Origin: an uncultured Akkermansia sp.
GTDB lineage: Bacteria; Verrucomicrobiota; Verrucomicrobiia; Verrucomicrobiales; Akkermansiaceae
Direction: 5' to 3'
Assembly: GCA_964371115.1 (NCBI GenBank)
Contig: CAYJLP010000003.1
Coordinates: 1 to 40,702 of the forward strand
DNA: 40,702 nucleotides
Position numbers and translations under genes: made by a program
In this document: piece by piece, positions 16,961 to 25,315 of the stretch
Layout: each line of letters begins with the position of its first letter
Numbering within the stretch: the stretch's first letter is position 1
The notes under the pieces: model-generated
What the model was told of the DNA's origin: nothing
The model's input: only the letters and a program-made list of their open reading frames with translations
Databases searched by the model: none

Positions 16961-18346
16961 GTGATGGATTTATTCGCCCCCCATGGTGTCAACGCTCAGA
17001 TGAAGCAGGATGCGCAGACGCAGTCCTTTATGCCGCTGGCTGCCCGCATGCGGCCGCGCACGATAGACGAGGTCGCGGGGCAGCAGCATCTGCTCGCGCA
17101 GGGCAAGCTGCTGCGTCGCGCGATTGAGACGGATCGTTTTTCCTCTCTTCTTTTTTATGGTCCACCGGGGGTGGGCAAGACGTCGCTCGCCTATGTGATT
17201 GCGCAGCAGACGAGCTCGTACTTCGTCATGCTCAATGGGGTGGAGTCGAATGTGAGCGAGATTCGCGATCAGATCGCGCAGGCGCGCTCGCGTATGAGTC
17301 TGCATGGGCAGAAGACGGTGCTCTTTGTCGATGAGATTCATCGCTTCAACAAATCGCAGCAGGACGCACTGCTGCCCCATATTGAGAAGGGGACGGTGCG
17401 CTTCATCGGGGCGACGACGGAGAATCCTTTTTTTGCGATCAATTCCGCGATGCTGTCGCGCTCGCAGGTCTTCCCCCTTGAGGCGGTGTCGGATGAGGAT
17501 ATTCTCGTCGTGCTGCGCCGCGCGCTCGTGGATGAGGAGCGCGGGCTGGGGCAGATGTCGCTGCGCGTGAGTGAGGAGGCGCTGGCACATCTCGCGCTGA
17601 AGGCGGACGGCGATGTGCGCAAGGCGCTCACGGCTCTCGAGGTGGCGGCTCTCTCGACGCGGGCTCTGGAGGATGGTGTCATCCCCATCGAGCTCGCGGA
17701 TGCGGAGGAGTCTATCCAGCAAAAGGCGGTGAAGTATGACCGCGCTGGCGATGGACACTATGATACGATCTCGGCCTTTATTAAATCCATGCGCGGTAGT
17801 GATCCCGATGCGGCTCTGTATTGGCTCGCGACGATGCTGCATGCGGGGGAGGATATACGATTCATCGCGCGTCGCATCGTGATCTGTGCGAGTGAGGACG
17901 TGGGGCTGGCGGATTCCAATGCGCTGCGTGTCGCGCTGGACGCGTCGCGTGCAGCGGAGATGGTGGGCATGCCCGAGGCGCGTATCCCACTGGCGCATGC
18001 GGCAGTCTATGTGGCGACAGCTCCGAAGAGCAATGCGGCTTACCTCGGCATCGACCACGCGCTGCGCGATGTGCGTGAGGGGAAAACGCTCGCCGTGCCC
18101 GATCATCTCTCCACGCCGACGCGCAAGAAGCTCGCGGGGATGCGCGGCGTGGAGTCCTCGCGCACGCAGTACAAGTACGCGCATGACTATGAGGAGGGAT
18201 ATGTCCCCCAAGCCTACCTGCCAGAGGGTCGCGTCTACTATACGCCGACGCGCCGCGGGATGGAGCTGCGCATCGCTGAGCGCATGGAGCATCTGCGTCA
18301 GCTGCGGGAGCGCGACCTAGGGCATCAGGGCTCAGATGCTCATTAG
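16961..18346 (+). CDS. rarA: Replication-associated recombination protein A (MgsA AAA+ ATPase)
   Basis: PLAARMRP, GPPGVGKT, LFVDEIHRFNKSQQDALLP, GATTENP, HYDTISAFIKSMRGSDPDAA, SEDVGLAD, YKYAHDY. Confidence 0.95.
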   Translation: MMDLFAPHGVNAQMKQDAQTQSFMPLAARMRPRTIDEVAGQQHLLAQGKLLRRAIETDRFSSLLFYGPPGVGKTSLAYVIAQQTSSYFVMLNGVESNVSEIRDQIAQARSRMSLHGQKTVLFVDEIHRFNKSQQDALLPHIEKGTVRFIGATTENPFFAINSAMLSRSQVFPLEAVSDEDILVVLRRALVDEERGLGQMSLRVSEEALAHLALKADGDVRKALTALEVAALSTRALEDGVIPIELADAEESIQQKAVKYDRAGDGHYDTISAFIKSMRGSDPDAALYWLATMLHAGEDIRFIARRIVICASEDVGLADSNALRVALDASRAAEMVGMPEARIPLAHAAVYVATAPKSNAAYLGIDHALRDVREGKTLAVPDHLSTPTRKKLAGMRGVESSRTQYKYAHDYEEGYVPQAYLPEGRVYYTPTRRGMELRIAERMEHLRQLRERDLGHQGSDAH

Positions 18347-18425
18347 TCACGGGAATGTCACGGGAAAAAATGAGTGCTTGCATTGTGAGAAAGGAGTGAT
18401 ATAATTGCGTCATAAAAATTAATTT

Positions 18426-19835
18426 ATGAAATTTGTTAGATCTCTCTTCCGTATGCTCGCCCTCGCGCTAGGGCTTGCTCAGACGCTGCACGCACAGATG
18501 GTCGTCGACAACGATTACTTTGTCGTCAATTTTCTCAACACTGATAGCTGGGGTGACTATAGTAGTGACACACAGTTGGAAAATATCAAAGCAGGTGTCC
18601 AAGGTGCCATTGACTACTGGGGCTCGCTGCTGGGTGAGAATCATAGACCTCTGACGGGAGAGTATCCCAAGGACCCTTTCACGGGCGAGACCGTCAGGGA
18701 GTGGGAGCGCCGCGTGGTGATTGATTTCTCCTTTAACCCTACGAACTCAGCTCTTGCATCGACGGCTGCGCAGACGATGATTTATTCAGATAAGTACTTC
18801 GATAACCCTGCACTCACGGTGCCCAATGGGACGAGCTACAACAAGGTGAGTCGCGCAGAGCTCAAGCTCAAAACAGATGGGAATTTCCCGCTTAGTCTCG
18901 TCTCCGATGAGACGACGGATATGTCCATTGTCTTTGGTCCAGGGGGATTTGACGGAGCAGGTTTTACTTTTGATGGAATACAGGGGAGTGGCTATGATTT
19001 CCAGACTATTTTCCTCCATGAGATGACGCATGGCATGGGCTTTGAAAGTGATGCCTATGGAACCGATGGTTATAGTGACAATGGGAACAAGACCGCTTTG
19101 GATGCCAGCATGGGCAGCTCAATTGATGCGACACCTGGTTCGGAATTAGCCGTGTGGGACAGGGATGAGAAAGGTAATCTCGTCAAGGTTGCCACCCTAG
19201 TAAATCCCTCAGGAGGATTTGAGCAGGGGGAGCATATCGTGCATATCGATCATGATTTTGACGAAACAAAACCTCTCATGCGACAGAGTATCAGTGTCTA
19301 TGATCCTGTGCAGCGTGAGTTCACCATGGCGGATATTGCGGTGCTGGAGGCGATGGGGTGGAATCTGACTGTGCCGGATTCACCTGATGCCCCTGTGGAT
19401 GTCGCTGTTGGCGATGGTCCCTATAGAGCTCAGTTCGCCACCATGGAGGGTGGCAGCGGGAATAGTGTGTACACGCTCACGGGGCTCACGATTGCCGATG
19501 GCAAGATCAATGAGAGCCTCACGCTCCAGCTGCAGCTCACGGCTGAGCAGCTGCACCTCTTCCAAGAAGGCTATAAGGAGGGCAACATCATCGGCTTTGC
19601 GCTGGATGGGATCACGCTAGAAGAGTTCAACGCCTCGGGTATTTCCTACAATGACATCACGCTGCGCATTGGTGGCGTGGACTACAAGGTACTCGGGAAG
19701 AGCGAGTACACGCCCTTTGGTAGCACGACGAAGACGGCTATCCTTTACGTCCCTGAGCCTAGCACGGCGGCACTCAGCCTGCTCGCACTGGCGGGACTGC
19801 TCGTGCGACGTCGCCGTGCGCAAGACGCTATCTGA
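18426..19835 (+). CDS. PEP-CTERM surface protein with putative zinc-metalloprotease domain
   Basis: Signal peptide; HEMTHGMGF (HExxH); C-terminal VPEPST + TM + RRRR. Confidence 0.88.
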   Translation: MKFVRSLFRMLALALGLAQTLHAQMVVDNDYFVVNFLNTDSWGDYSSDTQLENIKAGVQGAIDYWGSLLGENHRPLTGEYPKDPFTGETVREWERRVVIDFSFNPTNSALASTAAQTMIYSDKYFDNPALTVPNGTSYNKVSRAELKLKTDGNFPLSLVSDETTDMSIVFGPGGFDGAGFTFDGIQGSGYDFQTIFLHEMTHGMGFESDAYGTDGYSDNGNKTALDASMGSSIDATPGSELAVWDRDEKGNLVKVATLVNPSGGFEQGEHIVHIDHDFDETKPLMRQSISVYDPVQREFTMADIAVLEAMGWNLTVPDSPDAPVDVAVGDGPYRAQFATMEGGSGNSVYTLTGLTIADGKINESLTLQLQLTAEQLHLFQEGYKEGNIIGFALDGITLEEFNASGISYNDITLRIGGVDYKVLGKSEYTPFGSTTKTAILYVPEPSTAALSLLALAGLLVRRRRAQDAI

Positions 19836-19855
19836 TCTGCTACGCAACTCGTGGT

Positions 19856-19950
19856 CGCTTTATGGGCAGCTTGTGAAGCGCGCTCAAACGCCTTAAATGA
19901 TCATCCAAACTGTATACAAAATCCGAAGCTGCTGATTTTGCAAGATACCT
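19856..19950 (+). mobile_element. MITE fragment (right half with right TIR)
   Basis: Aligns with 20577-20676: tcatccaa.ctg....caaaatccgaagctgct.attttgcaagat. Confidence 0.7.
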
Positions 19951-20051
19951 CTTACAAGTTATTGAAATAATAAATCATTCAAACAATGATAGCCTAGCTC
20001 CCAATGTGAGGAGCTAGGCTATTGATTTTTGTATACTGCTATTCTGGTCGA

Positions 20052-20291
20052 TTAGTGGCGGTGCGACACGCGGCGTGCGGTGCGGCGGGCAGTACGACGG
20101 CAGGCGGCGACGGGAGGCCTAGCTGCGACCGGGGCGGGGTAGACGACAGCGGGGGCAGGGCGTACGACGACGGGTGCGGGCTTGACAACGACGACTTTCT
20201 TAGGCGCGCTGGTATGGACGACGACGGCGGCGGAGCTTGATGTGGTGAGGGCAAAGGCGGCGAGGGCGAGTGTGAGGATGGTCTTGGTCAT
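20052..20291 (-). CDS. Small secreted Pro/Val/Arg-rich protein
   Basis: MTKTILTLALAAFALTTSSSA signal peptide, PAPVVV repeats, RRTARRTARR tail. Confidence 0.65.
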   Translation of the reverse strand: MTKTILTLALAAFALTTSSSAAVVVHTSAPKKVVVVKPAPVVVRPAPAVVYPAPVAARPPVAACRRTARRTARRVSHRH

Positions 20292-20486
20292 GGTGTTTGG
20301 ATAGGGGGTATGGGATGCTAGCCTCATGTGTGGGCTTGGCTGTAGTATAGGCTATCCGTCATGAAAGGAAAGGGGTAAGTGATGAAGGGACAGAATGTGG
20401 TGACGAAGGGATTGCGACGATCTGTCAGGGACTGCTGATGGAATAAATATTATGATAGATGGGCAGGAAGCTCTACTTTTGCATAT

Positions 20487-20676
20487 AGGAACCTTGCTAA
20501 ATTAGTTTTGGGAAATTGTAGATTCGAAAATGAGCGTCACAGCACGTCTTTTGCAGCATTTTGGCGAGCATTAGCGGCTTTTTGGGCTTACATAGCTCGC
20601 TATGCGCACCCAAATGCCGCAAATTCTCATCCAAGCTGCCAGCAAAATCCGAAGCTGCTAATTTTGCAAGATCCCC
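20487..20676. mobile_element. 190-bp non-autonomous MITE with terminal inverted repeats and ATAT target duplication
   Basis: Left aggaaccttgctaaattag, right ctaattttgcaagatcccc; ATAT at 20483-20486 and 20677-20680; related copies at 19856-19950 and 26962-27039. Confidence 0.8.
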
Positions 20677-20737
20677 ATATGATTTGATTGACTCTGTCCT
20701 CTATCGCCTTGCATTTGCAGCTCTTGGCCTATGCGAG

Positions 20738-20767
20738 AAAAAGAAGCATCCTCGCGGATGCTTCTTT
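20738..20767 (-). terminator. glnA intrinsic terminator
   Basis: Minus strand aaagaagcatcc-GCGA-ggatgcttcttttt. Confidence 0.8.
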
Positions 20768-20797
20768 GTATGAGTCATTTTGTGCCGCTACTGAGGC

Positions 20798-22900
20798 TTA
20801 TTTGCTATGGATATTAAGCATCTGCGCGTAGGTGGGCACGGGCCAGAGCTTTGCCTCGACTTGGTATTCCAGCGCGTCGATTGTCTCGCGTACAGCGTCC
20901 ATGGCGGGGCGCATTTCGCAGACGCTTTCGCTGGCGATTGCCGTGCGCAGTGCCTTGAGCTGCTTGGGCAGCTTGTCGTAGAGCTCTGCGATGATTTCTG
21001 CTTTCTGCATGGTCATGGCAGCACCTTTCTTGAGCCCCGCGCGCTCGACGGCGCGGATGGAGCGGCAGAGCTTCTCGAGCTGCTCGGCGATTACGGGGAT
21101 GTAGATGGTCTCTACCATGCTCAGGCAGGTCTTAGCCTCGATGTCGAGTGTCTTCTCATAGCTCTCGATCTGGATGTCCATGCGGGCGATCATCTCGGGG
21201 CGTGGGAGGATGGCGTATTTTTCCATCAGGGCGATGCTCTCCTCACGGCCGAGTACCTTGAGAGCCTCGTGAGAGGTGCGGATGTGGGGCAAGCCGCGGC
21301 GCTCGGCTTCCTCGACCCACTCTTGGGAGTAGCCGTTGCCGTCGAAGACGACGCGGTCGTGCTTTTCGAAAAATTCGCGGATGAGCTTGTCGACTTCTTC
21401 CGTGAATTGGGGGGCGCCAGCAAAGGGTTCGAGGCGCGTGGCGGCCTCATCGATGGCCTCACTCATGATGGCGTTGAGTACGGTCATAGGCCAGGCGCAT
21501 GTCTGAGAGGAGCCGACGCTGCGGAACTCAAACTTGTTGCCTGTGAAGGCGAAGGGAGATGTGCGGTTGCGGTCAGTCGTGTCCTTGGGCAGTGCTGGCA
21601 GCGTGTCCACGCCGAGCTTCATCATCGTTGTCTCACAGCTCGTGGTAGCAGCACCAGTTTTGATCTGCTCGATGATGCTGCTGAGGTCATCGCCGAGGAA
21701 GATGGAGATGATGGCGGGGGGGGCTTCCTGTGCGCCGAGTCGGTGGTCGTTGCCCGCTTTGGAGATGGAGGCGCGCAGCAGAGCTGCGTGTGTATCCACA
21801 CCCTTGACGACGCAGGCGAGTAGCGCGAGGAAGAGGCGGTTGGTATGAGGCGATTTCCCAGGCGCGAGCAGGGAGCCCATACCAGGGCAGCTCAGCGACC
21901 AGTTGTTGTGCTTGCCCGAGCCATTGACCTGTGCGTAGGGCTTCTCATGGAGGAGGCAGACGAGGTCGTACTTGAGAGCTTGACGCTCCAGCACATCCAT
22001 GATCATGACGTTGTGGTCGACGGCGACGTTGATGGGCTCAAAGAGGGGCGCGATTTCGAATTGCCCTGGGGCTACTTCGTTGTGGCGGGTCTTGGCCGGC
22101 ACGCCGAGCTTCCAGAGCTCGCGATCGACGGAGTCCATGAACTCCAGCACGCGCGCCTTGATCGCGCCGTAGTAGTGATCCTCCATCTGCTGATGCTTGG
22201 GAGGCAGCGCGCCAAAGAGTGTGCGTCCTGTCTCGATGAGGTCGGGGCGCTGGATGTAGAGGCGGCGGTCAATGAGGAAGTATTCTTGCTCTGCACCCAG
22301 ATCGCTGGTGACGTAGCCTGGGTCGATGCCAAAGCACTGCACGAGGCGCAGGGCCTGCTTTGACACAGCGGCCATGGAGCGCAGTAGCGGGGTTTTCTTG
22401 TCCAAGGCCTCTCCTGTGTAGGAGCAAAATGCGGTGGGGATGCAGAGTGTGGCGGTGTTCTCCGTGCGCTTGATAAAGGCGGGTGAGGTGGGATCCCATG
22501 CGGTGTAGCCGCGCGCTTCGAAGGTGGCGCGGATGCCGCCCGAGGGGAAGGAGGAGCCGTCGGCTTCACCTTGGATGAGAGTCTTGCCCGTGAACTCACA
22601 GATCATGCCGCCCTTGCCATCGGGGCTGACAAAGGAGTCGTGCTTTTCGGCGGTGGCCTCGGAGAGAGGGTGGAACCAGTGCGTGTAGTGCGTCGCGCCC
22701 TTGGAGATAGCCCAGACCATCATGGCTTGGGCTACTTCATCGGCGATGCTGGGGTCGAGCTTGCCACCGCGCTCGATGGTGCTCGTCATTTTCTTAAAAG
22801 CACTCTTGGAGAGGTACTTTTGCATAGTGGAAATACCGAATGTATTACTACCGTACAGGGCTTCAAGTGCCTCGACGGGGGTGCTGTGTTGCTCAGGCAT
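20798..22900 (-). CDS. glnA: Glutamine synthetase type III
   Basis: 700 aa; GATHYTHWFHPL, TFEARGYTAWDPTSP, HNEVAPGQFE, NGSGKHNNWS, DRNRTSPFAFTGNKFEFR. Confidence 0.95.
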   Translation of the reverse strand: MPEQHSTPVEALEALYGSNTFGISTMQKYLSKSAFKKMTSTIERGGKLDPSIADEVAQAMMVWAISKGATHYTHWFHPLSEATAEKHDSFVSPDGKGGMICEFTGKTLIQGEADGSSFPSGGIRATFEARGYTAWDPTSPAFIKRTENTATLCIPTAFCSYTGEALDKKTPLLRSMAAVSKQALRLVQCFGIDPGYVTSDLGAEQEYFLIDRRLYIQRPDLIETGRTLFGALPPKHQQMEDHYYGAIKARVLEFMDSVDRELWKLGVPAKTRHNEVAPGQFEIAPLFEPINVAVDHNVMIMDVLERQALKYDLVCLLHEKPYAQVNGSGKHNNWSLSCPGMGSLLAPGKSPHTNRLFLALLACVVKGVDTHAALLRASISKAGNDHRLGAQEAPPAIISIFLGDDLSSIIEQIKTGAATTSCETTMMKLGVDTLPALPKDTTDRNRTSPFAFTGNKFEFRSVGSSQTCAWPMTVLNAIMSEAIDEAATRLEPFAGAPQFTEEVDKLIREFFEKHDRVVFDGNGYSQEWVEEAERRGLPHIRTSHEALKVLGREESIALMEKYAILPRPEMIARMDIQIESYEKTLDIEAKTCLSMVETIYIPVIAEQLEKLCRSIRAVERAGLKKGAAMTMQKAEIIAELYDKLPKQLKALRTAIASESVCEMRPAMDAVRETIDALEYQVEAKLWPVPTYAQMLNIHSK

Positions 22901-22938
22901 GATTTTTTTGGGGATGTATTGAGTGGAAATACCGAGAT

Positions 22939-23892
22939 TTATTCCCCCGTCTCTTCTGCTAGAGGAGGCAGAGGGGTATGGGTGGAGGGGTGGAGGAGGA
23001 GGTCGTGCTGGATGGCTTCGAGCACATCGAGCTCAGGGCGGAAGTTCGCATCATGGTGGGAGCTGCGGATGAGCGGACCGCTCGCCACATAGCGAAAGCC
23101 TTTTGCCAAGGCGATCTCGCGCAGCTCGTCAAATACCTCAGGCTTTAGGTAATCGATGACGGGCAGGTGGCGCGGGCTAGGCCGCAGGTACTGACCGAGT
23201 GTAAGCACGCTCACTCCTTGCTCGAGTAGATCATCCATGCTGCACAGCAGTTCTTCGCGTGTCTCACCGAGGCCGAGCATGATGCCGCTTTTTGTTACGA
23301 TGCGTCCAGGTGCCATCTCCAGCGCGCGGCGCAGCATGCGCAGAGAGAGCTCGTATTTTGCGCGAAAGCGCACGAGGGGCGTGAGGCGCGAGACTGTCTC
23401 GAGATTGTGATTGAAAATGTGGGGTCGCGCGCCAATCACGCTCGCGAGAGCTTCTTGATTGCCTCGGAAATCTGACGTGAGCACCTCGATGATGGTGTCG
23501 GGACTATGCAGGCGTATCTCCTCGATGGTTGCTGCGACGTGCGCGGCTGCCCCATCCTTGAGATCATCGCGTGTCACCATGGTGACGACGGTGTGCTGGA
23601 GCTTCATACGGGCGACGGCTTCTGCGACCTTGCGCGGCTCGGTGGCATCGAGGGGCTTGGGCTTTGCCGTGCGCGTCGCGCAGAATCCACAGGCGCGCGT
23701 GCAGACTTCACCGCCTATCATGAAGGTGGCTGTGCCATGGCTCCAGCACTCGCCGCGATTCGGACAGAGTGCCTCCTCGCACACGGTGGTTAATGCATTT
23801 CCCTTGACGATTTTTTTGATCTCGTTAAAGGTGGAGCCCTTCGGTAATTTGACTTTTAACCAAGATGGTTTGCGCTCGACTGCTTGACTCAT
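22939..23892 (-). CDS. lipA: Lipoyl synthase
   Basis: RKPSWLK, CEEALCPNRGECW, CTRACGFC, HNLETV, KSGIMLGLGE, GQYLRPS, RSSH. Confidence 0.95.
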   Translation of the reverse strand: MSQAVERKPSWLKVKLPKGSTFNEIKKIVKGNALTTVCEEALCPNRGECWSHGTATFMIGGEVCTRACGFCATRTAKPKPLDATEPRKVAEAVARMKLQHTVVTMVTRDDLKDGAAAHVAATIEEIRLHSPDTIIEVLTSDFRGNQEALASVIGARPHIFNHNLETVSRLTPLVRFRAKYELSLRMLRRALEMAPGRIVTKSGIMLGLGETREELLCSMDDLLEQGVSVLTLGQYLRPSPRHLPVIDYLKPEVFDELREIALAKGFRYVASGPLIRSSHHDANFRPELDVLEAIQHDLLLHPSTHTPLPPLAEETGE

Positions 23893-24036
23893 GTCGGTGA
23901 GCAGTATACCAGAGCTCCCCGAGCGTGGCAAGCCTCAGTTTGCCTTTATGATAGCACATTTTGTTAGAAAACTTGATGATGGGATCTTTATACTTGAAGA
24001 AAGGGCAAATAATACGTATAAATAACCTATTCAATT

Positions 24037-24226
24037 ATTAGCCTTGGAAATACAGTCCGCAGAATAGCCCTCAGCATCCATCCCCCCCTCGGCAGACGCA
24101 GCTCACAAGTCATAGCTGGCGAATGCCTCGGGGCGCTCCTCGGCGGATCCTGACTGGTGCGTCTCGGGGTACTCCTAGGACGCGGCACTCTGGATGAGAA
24201 AGCGATACTGCTGTGCTATCATGGTA
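24037..24226 (-). ncRNA. Candidate structured small RNA (family unassigned)
   Basis: TTGACA(24260-24255)-17-TACCCT(24237-24232) promoter followed by ~190 nt with no long ORF that folds end-to-end (GCAGUAUCGCUUUCUCAUCCA with UGGAUGCUGAGGGCUAUUCUGC; AGACGCA/UGCGUCU; AGUCA/UGACU). Confidence 0.4.
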
Positions 24227-24296
24227 GCTAAAGGGTAGGCTGGGGAGTTAGAGTTGTCAAGCGTGTTTGCTGAGTGGTGGTTTGTGGATAGTGCTA

Positions 24297-24485
24297 GCGC
24301 TTCGCGTTTGCGACGCTAGGAGCTTGCCGCGCTTCGCGCGGGGGATGGACGGGGGCGTCAGTTTGCGGCGTTGAGCCCCTGCTGGATTTGCAGCGCGGGC
24401 GGGTTCTTAATATAGCCGGAACTGACGCCCTGCGGGATCTGCCCTTGACCCGCCGGCGAAGGGTCGCTAAAGATTGCTTAAGGTC
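24297..24485 (+). repeat. Dispersed hairpin element, modules Y+Z (copy A)
   Basis: gcttcgcgtttgcgacg.taggag.ttg…ggacgggggcgtcagtt…aactgacgccc…gacccgccggcgaa…gcttaaggtc; matches 28752-29026 and the reverse complement of 32852-33256. Confidence 0.88.
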
Positions 24486-24619
24486 TTGACTTTGAGGATA
24501 TGAGATGCTTTACACCTCTTGCATGCGGAGTTTGGCTGCATCATTCTATCACTGTGAATACTAACAGCGCGCGTGCTATGATCTTGCACTCACGGTCTGC
24601 CTCGTGCTAGTATACGCCC

Positions 24620-25315
24620 ATGCCTGACCGCACCATTCTCGTAGCAGAAGACGATGACGCCATACGCGAGATCGTCTGCGATGCGCTGCGTGCCAAAGAT
24701 TACCACGTCATCGAGGCCGCCGACGGTCGCGAGGCCTTCGAGCAGCTGCTCCGCCAGCCTGTCGATCTCGCCCTACTCGATATCAACATGCCCGAGATTG
24801 ACGGCTTCCAGCTCCTCCAGCTTATCGAGCGCGAGTGTACGGGCACGCCCACCATCATGGTCAGCGCGCGCGGAGAAGAGCCCGATCGTGTCAAGGGGCT
24901 CGAGGGTGGAGCGGATGATTATATTACCAAGCCCTTTAGCATCGCCGAGCTCACTGCCCGTGTGAACGCCGTGCTACGCCGCTATCCCCATCGCGAGGTC
25001 ACGCTGCGCGCGACGCTTTGCTTCCCCGGTGGCGCACTTGCGGGTGAGGCACGCCAGCTACAATTCGACGATGGATCGACAGAAAAACTCTCGGACAAGG
25101 AATTCGAGCTGCTGCGCTACTTGCTCACCCACCCTGACCGCATCATCTCGCAAGAAGAACTCCTCGTCCGCATCTGGGGCAGCCAGACGCGCGCCAGCCA
25201 GACGCGCACCGTCGCTGTCACCCTCGCGCGTCTCAAAGAAAAGATACGCCCCGCCGCCGCCGCCCTGATCGAGAATGTGCGCGGCCGCGGCTATATTTGG
25301 AAAAAACAATCATGA
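24620..25315 (+). CDS. OmpR/PhoB-family response regulator
   Basis: ILVAEDD, LLDINMPEIDG, GADDYITKPF, winged helix LSDKEFELL…RTV.V…RGRGY. Confidence 0.95.
   Translation: MPDRTILVAEDDDAIREIVCDALRAKDYHVIEAADGREAFEQLLRQPVDLALLDINMPEIDGFQLLQLIERECTGTPTIMVSARGEEPDRVKGLEGGADDYITKPFSIAELTARVNAVLRRYPHREVTLRATLCFPGGALAGEARQLQFDDGSTEKLSDKEFELLRYLLTHPDRIISQEELLVRIWGSQTRASQTRTVAVTLARLKEKIRPAAAALIENVRGRGYIWKKQS

Noticed and set aside
16970..18292. Long antisense ORFs (also 11368-12537, 20807-21823, 29875-30735, 31492-32379, 38143-38994, 39357-40145)
   Set aside because: Typical high-GC shadow frames opposite well-supported genes
24075..24200. SAM-I or lysine riboswitch upstream of lipA
   Set aside because: Only the 5' CUCAUCCAGAG/AGUA fragments match; GCAACC, GGUGC and other core elements are absent
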